In this document: positions 8,071 to 12,783 of the stretch, in pieces | Position numbering within the stretch: the first letter of the stretch is position 1 | How the letters are laid out: each line of letters starts with the position of its first letter | Source: a virus | Taxonomy: Duplodnaviria > Heunggongvirae > Uroviricota > Caudoviricetes | IMG/VR virus record: IMGVR_UViG_3300031772_000004 | Coordinates: 106,710-119,492 of that record | Length of the DNA: 12,783 nt | Direction: 5' to 3' (one strand) | Made by a program: the position numbers and the translations under genes | The notes under the pieces: model-generated | Database searches by the model: none | The model's input: the letters and a program-made list of their open reading frames with translations, nothing else | What the model was told of the DNA's origin: nothing

Positions 8071-8185
8071 ATGTTGCATGCAAAGAAAAGTGATGCACCT
8101 ACGGTCAAAGGGGTGTAGATGCTTGGCGGACAACCGCTTAAGGGTTCGGACGACTGCCACAGGGGTACAACTCCCAACTAGACCA
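8071..8185 (+). ncRNA. Unidentified ~115-nt structured RNA ending in ACCA
   Basis: GC-rich island after the promoter, with hairpins GCGG-ACAA-CCGC, GCAcCTAC/GTAGaTGC and GGG-GTACAACT-CCC (T-loop-like), ending ...GACCA before an AT-rich spacer. Boundaries are inferred. Confidence 0.45.
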
Positions 8186-8202
8186 TAATTTTTGTTCTTT
8201 AA

Positions 8203-8559
8203 AAATAAATATAGTCGATTGTTCGCGGCAACAATAGAAATGGCTTAAACCCTCTGGCGTTAAAGGAAAGCAACACGCCTTTTTACAGTTTTTTACCTAT
8301 ACGGTGGCTGCACACTACCTGTCAACAGGCACAAGTAAAAACGAAACTTAGTTGCGAGTTGGCGGCGAGGACGAACCAACCTATTGTTGCTGAGGAAATT
8401 CGCGTCTGCACAACCTAATGTGGCAGGATAATTCCGCTATGACCACAGAAGCAGCAATCTAAATTAGCTTAGTGTGTCGGTTGCACAATAATAGCTTGGT
8501 TAGAGCTCAGTCAAATGAACGATTAGAAACAAAAACGCGGTTATGAGCTATATTTATTT
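8203..8559 (+). ncRNA. rnpB: RNase P RNA, variant lacking most of the S-domain and carrying a 143-nt P3 insertion
   Basis: CR-I GAGGAAATTCGCGTCTGC (8392-8409) and CR-V ACAAAAACGCGGTTAT (8529-8544) align without gaps to E. coli GAGGAAAGUCCGGGCUCC and ACAGAACCCGGCUUAU, with compensatory changes in P4. Helices: P1 8203-8214/8548-8559 (12 perfect bp), P2 8217-8224/8517-8524, P3 8228-8237/8381-8390 (10 perfect bp), P4 8397-8405/8535-8542 with the bulged U, P5 8406-8409/8451-8454. J5/15 CAA and a CR-IV-like AGTCAAATG are present. Confidence 0.88.
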
Positions 8560-8564
8560 AATGT

Positions 8565-8648
8565 GCCCGTGTATCGTCGCCGTTTCCTAAACGGTAGAAA
8601 CGTAAATGGAAATTGAAAATGCAGGTTCGATTCCTGTCTCGGGCGCCA
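8565..8648 (+). tRNA. Atypical tRNA-Arg(CCU)-like RNA, 84 nt: no canonical D-arm, 25-nt extra region, CCA encoded
   Basis: Acceptor GCCCGTG/CTCGGGC (one T-T mismatch), G73, CCA; T-arm GCAGG-TTCGATT-CCTGT; anticodon arm GCCGT-TTCCTAA-ACGGT; only 7 nt (TATCGTC) between the acceptor and anticodon stems. Confidence 0.75.
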
Positions 8649-8664
8649 TTTTTTATCAATTGAT

Positions 8665-9528
8665 ATGATATTTATAATAGTGAAGTCATATACAATTGAT
8701 ACCATTTTAAAAGAAGTTTATTTAAATAAACCTGTAGACGAAGATCTCAACACAAAATTCTCTGATTTCACATCTTATTTGTCGGGTATGGCTAAAGGCG
8801 TCGTTGATAAACTGTTTTTCTTAAAATTCATCAAACCTGATATGCTTGTTGATTTTGGCTCAGCCGATGGATTTATCCTTAAACAAATTCACAAATATAA
8901 CCCAAACATAAATCTAATCGGATATGACATATCTCCCGATATGATTACAATAGCAAAAGAAAAGATTCCAGATATTCAATTTACAAATAATTGGTTAGAT
9001 GCAATTAAAGATGTCAAGCGTTATAAAAATTCCTGTTTATTACTATCATCTGTAATTCATGAAGTTTATTCCTATTCGACTTCTGAAGCCATCGAATATT
9101 TTTGGGAAAGTATATTTAATGCTGGTTTTGAATACATTGTCATCCGTGATACCATTCCATCAGAAAAAATTGAAAAGGTCATCAACTTCAAGAAGGATGT
9201 GGAGCAAGTCAAAAAAATTGTTGATCCAAAATTGTTAGATGATTATGAAAATAGTTGGGGACCAATTGATAAAAGTTATAAAAATTTCATTCGATTTGTA
9301 TTGATGTACAGATATAGAAATAATTGGTCGCGAGAAAGATTAGAAGATTATTTGTCATTAACATATGAATCAATGCTGCTTAAAATACTTCCAAAGTATA
9401 ATGACAGATACAAAATCATATACGATAAGAAATTTAAGTTTAAGCCAATCCAAACTTCTTTTGCAAAAGACTTTAATATACCATTACGACAAGATATTCA
9501 TTTGAAGATGATATTGCGACACAAATAA
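8665..9528 (+). CDS. Class I SAM-dependent methyltransferase (start may be GTG 8680)
   Basis: Motif I VDFGSADG, motif II GYDISPDMI, then LLLSSVIHEVYSY and IVIRD; substrate unknown. Confidence 0.8.
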   Translation: MIFIIVKSYTIDTILKEVYLNKPVDEDLNTKFSDFTSYLSGMAKGVVDKLFFLKFIKPDMLVDFGSADGFILKQIHKYNPNINLIGYDISPDMITIAKEKIPDIQFTNNWLDAIKDVKRYKNSCLLLSSVIHEVYSYSTSEAIEYFWESIFNAGFEYIVIRDTIPSEKIEKVINFKKDVEQVKKIVDPKLLDDYENSWGPIDKSYKNFIRFVLMYRYRNNWSRERLEDYLSLTYESMLLKILPKYNDRYKIIYDKKFKFKPIQTSFAKDFNIPLRQDIHLKMILRHK

Positions 9529-9589
9529 CTATTATAAATGGTTGATTATCAAGTAGTTATAAGAAAAGTAAAATTTTTGTAAAAAGGTG

Positions 9590-9617
9590 TTGACTTTTTA
9601 GTCCGAATCCATATACT
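9590..9617 (+). promoter_or_regulatory. Sigma70-like promoter TTGACT-N16-TATACT upstream of the giant ncRNA
   Basis: TTGACT 9590-9595 with an A-rich upstream tract, TATACT 9612-9617. Confidence 0.7.
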
Positions 9618-9623
9618 TATGTT

Positions 9624-10515
9624 TACTGATTTGAGATGTTCCTGTTCTTTGATTTTCGTTTTAAGGGCGGTATAGCGTCCTGATACTTCCGCAAGGGAGT
9701 ATTTAAGATAAACTGCAGTAATGCAGCCAAAGGGGTGAGTCCCAAGACTCTCCCGCCATTCAACTGGCCACCGATACAAAAGCAAGCTCTGTAAGCTTAT
9801 TTGGAAACAAATGAGATACATCTGAAGCTGGTTAGCAAACGAATCCGGTATGTGACGAACAGAAAGGTTCTAACTGTCACCCGACAGTTCTTACTAATGC
9901 CCACGCGGCAACAGTTAAGGTTAAGAGTTCAAGCGAAGTCGTTTAGTTCGAGCCTCGCAAGCAAGAGCTTAATGATAGATTGATAGAAAGTGGGCTGGGT
10001 TACTCTATGCACACAATCTTGAAAATCGGATGAGTACTCGCAAGGGAAAGTCAGGTGGTGTGTTGCATTCTGTAGCTGTAACAGGTTATGGAACAACTAG
10101 CAACGCACATCACACTTGGGTTTGACATAGCTCGATAGAGCGCTAGTATATTAAACTAGAGGTATGGCTTAACCGCCGTTCTCAATAAAATGCAAAGTCG
10201 TTGCTTCCGATAACGGAAAAAGTCTTAATTCTCTGCCCGCAAGGGAACAGAGACACTTGATTCTCGCAAGGATGATGGTGTCAGTACGGAGATTGACGGA
10301 GGGTGTCGCAGCTCTTACTGCTCGCAAGTCAGACGTTGGTTGAAATGCTGAATATGTTATCGGTAAACTTGAATCGCCTCAAGTATAAAAAGGCAGACCT
10401 GTTAAATACCTGATACGTTCCCAGCGGACGGTCAAGGTGGATAAGTGTGAAGGTATCTCGCAAGGATACGATAATACTTCAAGGTTAACATTTTAAGCTG
10501 TAGTCTCAGGCTTGA
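9624..10515 (+). ncRNA. Giant structured ncRNA (~890 nt), GOLLD/ROOL-like; exact family unconfirmed
   Basis: No credible ORF over about 1 kb in a gene-dense genome; visibly GC-richer than the flanks; seven C-GCAA-G tetraloop motifs (9690, 9956, 10039, 10238, 10265, 10323, 10459); further hairpins; long-range pairing TGAGATACA 9812-9820 with TGTAGTCTCA 10499-10508; own promoter. Ends are approximate. Confidence 0.75.
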
Positions 10516-10559
10516 TACTCCCCTCAACTAATATAAAAACTCCACACCTTTGAAAAATA

Positions 10560-10587
10560 TTGACTTGTATCTGAATTTGGATATATT
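10560..10587 (+). promoter_or_regulatory. Promoter TTGACT-N16-TATATT, overlapping a TATATTTAT motif
   Basis: TTGACT 10560-10565, TATATT 10582-10587; AAAGGA lies in the leader of the 10624 gene. Confidence 0.55.
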
Positions 10588-10623
10588 TATATACTTAACC
10601 ACAAAGGAAACAGTAAAAACTCT

Positions 10624-11814
10624 ATGAATAAAATAAAAGCATTATTTGCTATTCTTGCAATAGCAATCATATCTTCAACAGGATATGGACAAACACAAAG
10701 CGTCGTTCAAGTGCAGGCCGTTGCACCAGTAAAAACATCAATAATTGATGCGGCTATTAATTCTACTGTAATAGATTATACCACGGGAGCTTCAAAGCCT
10801 GTGGGTGAAGATAGTACATTAATAAATTCGTTTGGTGTCAATACAGTAATCCCCCTATTTAAAGATATTAAATTTCAATTGGGCGGAGACATTACAATAC
10901 GCGAAGATGGAAATCAATATGATTCCACATTCGGTTTCTTTACAAAGAAAGAAAAGTTTAGCATTGCCGCTTTAATTGATTATAGACGAACAGCCTATGA
11001 AAATGACTTGTTTTCTGTAAGACCAATTGTTGGCTACAATCTAAATGAAAAAATATCGTTTTATGGTGTTGGAAGAATACATTTAAATACAGATACCACC
11101 GCCAATATCAATGAGCAAATGATGGACCGCGGAGATTTACATGTAACATATCTTACCGATAATAGACTTCTAATTGATGGAAGCATTGGTTATATCTTTA
11201 ATGATGTAACAGAAACGGTATATGGCCTTTCTATATCAAAAGCATTAAAACTAGTGGATATTTTTGCTGGTGGAGAAATTGATAACGCTGGAAATTATGT
11301 TGTTAATTGCGGCGTTGCTCTTGGCCTTGGCGAGCGTTATGCAAGACATTCTACAGTTTATAACGCTAATCCAAATTCACCATTTCCAAAATACTCCTCA
11401 GCAACTTTGCTGACGGATTCATCAAATACTAAGCACGGAGGCAAAAATGGTCCACCGCCACCACCAAATCTTGTAACAGTTTGTTATAAAGGAGAGACTA
11501 TACAAATTCTAACAAAAGATTTGAAGAAATATTTGGCAAATGGAGCAACATTAGGTTCATGCAATGAGCCACCACCACCGCCAACCGAAGTAACTATTTG
11601 TTATAAAGGTGCAACAATTACCATTTTGTCAACACAATTGGCATGGTATTTATCTCACGGCGCAACGGTTGGACAGTGCTCAATAGAGCCACCACCTCCC
11701 GGCGGAGATCATAAAATAACATTGTGTCATAAAGGACGCACAATCAGTGTTGATTTACATTCGGCTCGTGCTCATTTAGCACATGGTGACACTCTGGGAC
11801 CTTGCCAAGAGTAA
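10624..11814 (+). CDS. Secreted/envelope protein: signal peptide, beta-strand-rich (possibly barrel-like) core and three C-terminal Cys-paired repeats
   Basis: MNKIK followed by a hydrophobic stretch and GYG-Q cleavage-like site; alternating hydrophobic strands; three poly-Pro-linked repeats. Confidence 0.7.
   Translation: MNKIKALFAILAIAIISSTGYGQTQSVVQVQAVAPVKTSIIDAAINSTVIDYTTGASKPVGEDSTLINSFGVNTVIPLFKDIKFQLGGDITIREDGNQYDSTFGFFTKKEKFSIAALIDYRRTAYENDLFSVRPIVGYNLNEKISFYGVGRIHLNTDTTANINEQMMDRGDLHVTYLTDNRLLIDGSIGYIFNDVTETVYGLSISKALKLVDIFAGGEIDNAGNYVVNCGVALGLGERYARHSTVYNANPNSPFPKYSSATLLTDSSNTKHGGKNGPPPPPNLVTVCYKGETIQILTKDLKKYLANGATLGSCNEPPPPPTEVTICYKGATITILSTQLAWYLSHGATVGQCSIEPPPPGGDHKITLCHKGRTISVDLHSARAHLAHGDTLGPCQE
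11452..11811 (+). repeat. Three tandem ~40-aa protein repeats PPPP-x-(V/I)T(V/I/L)C(Y/H)KGxTI...(Y/H)LxxGxT(L/V)GxC
   Basis: Repeats start at 11452, 11569 and 11689; each has two conserved Cys. Confidence 0.85.
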
Positions 11815-11840
11815 TTGATAGTTAATACATAATCATAAGG

Positions 11841-11870
11841 AAAACCGGCATTTTTTAGTGCCGGTTTTTC
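11841..11870. terminator. Intrinsic terminator-like hairpin, possibly bidirectional
   Basis: AAAACCGGCA (11841-11850) pairs perfectly with TGCCGGTTTT (11859-11868), 8-nt loop, A and T tracts on either side. Confidence 0.75.
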
Positions 11871-11884
11871 TATTTATATTGTAT

Positions 11885-12313
11885 ATGATAGATTCGCCAA
11901 ACAAAATAATGGTAATACCACGAATAGCTGCACAATATGTAACAAATCCAGAATTTGGCGTTGTTAGTTTTCATGGTGGCGGAGAAAAACATACCTATCC
12001 AAAAGTAATAAAAAATGTATTATATATAGATGTAGCCGATTTAGATCCAGAAAAGAAGAATCATATAAAAGTGGCAGAACGATATAATTTAAGAATATTT
12101 GATAAAGAAGACGCAAAAAAACTGGTCCAATTTGTTAATACCATCAAACCAACAGCGAAAAAATTACTCTTTCAATGTGAAGCAGGTGTTAGTCGTTCGG
12201 CTGGAGCTGCCTCAGCCGTTTCAAAAGCATGGTTTAATGATGACTCTAAATTCATACATGAAAGTATTAATAGATGGATATATAATTTGATTCTAAAGGA
12301 GTTTGGCAAATGA
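11885..12313 (+). CDS. Protein-tyrosine/dual-specificity phosphatase-like protein (CX5R)
   Basis: P-loop FQCEAGVSRSAG and an upstream acidic loop. Start moved to ATG 11885 because the 11858 start lies inside the terminator and TATTTAT precedes 11885 by 7 nt. Confidence 0.8.
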   Translation: MIDSPNKIMVIPRIAAQYVTNPEFGVVSFHGGGEKHTYPKVIKNVLYIDVADLDPEKKNHIKVAERYNLRIFDKEDAKKLVQFVNTIKPTAKKLLFQCEAGVSRSAGAASAVSKAWFNDDSKFIHESINRWIYNLILKEFGK

Positions 12314-12762
12314 TTAAGCTCAAACACTTATTGTTAGAAATCGCTGGAACAGAGCATGGCATATATTATCATATTACCTTTGGTAAGTATATCAAAAATA
12401 TCAAGAAGCATGGTATAAAGAAAAGAGAAAAAGGTGAGTGGACAGGAATGTTTAATCAAGATATACGACAAAAGAAAGGCATTTTTGTCTTTGAAAATTA
12501 TTATGATGCTTTGACTTGGGCGTTCAAATCGGCGTGGGATAAAAAAACTGAAAAAATTTACATTTTAAAGATAAACACATGGGATACAGATTTTGAAGAA
12601 GATACACATTGGGAAGCACAAGGCGGGCTTGGAAAATGGTTAGTTAAACATTCCAATATAGAGCCGGAAAACATTGTTGAATATATACCATTTGATATAT
12701 CAAAGTGGACGCCTGAAATGACTAAGACTGTTAATGATTTAAAAGCCGCGAACAGAAAATGA
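12310..12762 (+). CDS. Putative ADP-ribosyltransferase-fold protein (Tpt1/KptA C-terminal-domain-like) with an N-terminal MIKLKxLLxE peptide
   Basis: YYHIT...IKKHGI, GIFVF, ILKIN and NIEPENI follow the ART-fold pattern YHGT...I...GL...VYL...IPP..I; recognised by motif only. Confidence 0.5.
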   Translation: MIKLKHLLLEIAGTEHGIYYHITFGKYIKNIKKHGIKKREKGEWTGMFNQDIRQKKGIFVFENYYDALTWAFKSAWDKKTEKIYILKINTWDTDFEEDTHWEAQGGLGKWLVKHSNIEPENIVEYIPFDISKWTPEMTKTVNDLKAANRK

Positions 12763-12783
12763 TTAAACTAAAAGACATATTAA
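12759..12783 (+). CDS. Start of the next gene (MIKLKDIL...), truncated by the window end
   Basis: ATGA overlap with the stop of 12310-12762; same N-terminal peptide as that gene. Confidence 0.6.

Noticed and set aside
8090-8160. HDV-like (theta), pistol, twister or hammerhead ribozyme near the tRNA-like genes
   Set aside because: I could not assemble the required nested pseudoknots or catalytic motifs by hand; a covariance-model search is needed to exclude them fully.
8004-8177. N-terminal 58-aa extension of the 7221-8177 ORF
   Set aside because: Overlaps the plus-strand promoter and structured RNA; ATG 8003 has the TATATTTAT motif at the usual distance.
8071-8560. tmRNA (one-piece or permuted two-piece), suggested by the ACCA end at 8185
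   Set aside because: No alanine-type acceptor stem with G3:U70, no GGGG...GAC tRNA-like 5' part and no tag reading frame; the downstream 357 nt fold as RNase P RNA instead.
9549-9983. ORFs 9549-9821 (-) and 9801-9983 (+) from the ORF track
   Set aside because: Short, atypical composition, non-ATG or poorly supported starts, and they overlap a promoter and dense RNA hairpins; better explained as chance ORFs inside the giant ncRNA.
9624-10515. Group I or group II intron, or rRNA fragment, as the identity of the long non-coding region
   Set aside because: No interrupted gene on either side. TAGTC near 10501 resembles the group I S element, but there is no matching GACTA partner (CAGAGACAC at 10248 pairs locally with GTGTC). 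No group II domain V or rRNA signature was recognised.
871-12290. Shadow ORFs 871-1074 (+), 2405-2620 (+), 3289-3507 (-), 4324-4773 (-), 5193-5519 (-), 7540-7800 (+), 7718-7906 (+) and 12099-12290 (+)
   Set aside because: Each lies antisense to or out of frame within a better-supported gene and has no recognisable motifs.
1-12783. CRISPR array, transposase or integrase, or a reassigned stop codon
   Set aside because: No regularly spaced direct repeats and no mobile-element motifs; genes are full length and tightly packed under the standard code, ending in TAA, TGA and TAG.

Overview
AT-rich, gene-dense segment that looks like part of a large (jumbo-type) dsDNA bacteriophage genome; this is an inference from the gene content. 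The standard genetic code fits all ORFs. The left arm (1-2756, minus strand) holds small phage ORFs, two tandem YopX paralogues and a metallophosphoesterase. The rest is mostly plus strand: a 2H phosphoesterase (Acb1/T4 57B-like), a glycosyltransferase, a Zn-ribbon protein, tRNA-Ala(GGC), a prephenate dehydrogenase-like protein, a minus-strand Ig-like protein, a SAM methyltransferase, a secreted repeat protein, a CX5R phosphatase and an ART-fold-like protein. The main result is an RNA-rich block the ORF track does not explain (8071-10515). It contains: (i) an RNase P RNA (8203-8559) whose catalytic core P1-P5 can be paired by hand, but whose specificity domain is reduced to about 41 nt while P3 carries a 143-nt structured insertion; (ii) immediately downstream, a tRNA-Arg(CCU)-like gene with no normal D-arm and an apparently permuted D-loop; (iii) immediately upstream, a ~115-nt structured RNA ending in ACCA; and (iv) a ~890-nt promoter-driven, GNRA-rich giant ncRNA of the GOLLD/ROOL type. 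Many genes appear leaderless, driven either by TTGACA-N16/17-TAnnnT promoters or by a TATTTAT motif a few nt before the start. All structures were derived by hand and family assignments by motif recognition; no database search or folding program was run.
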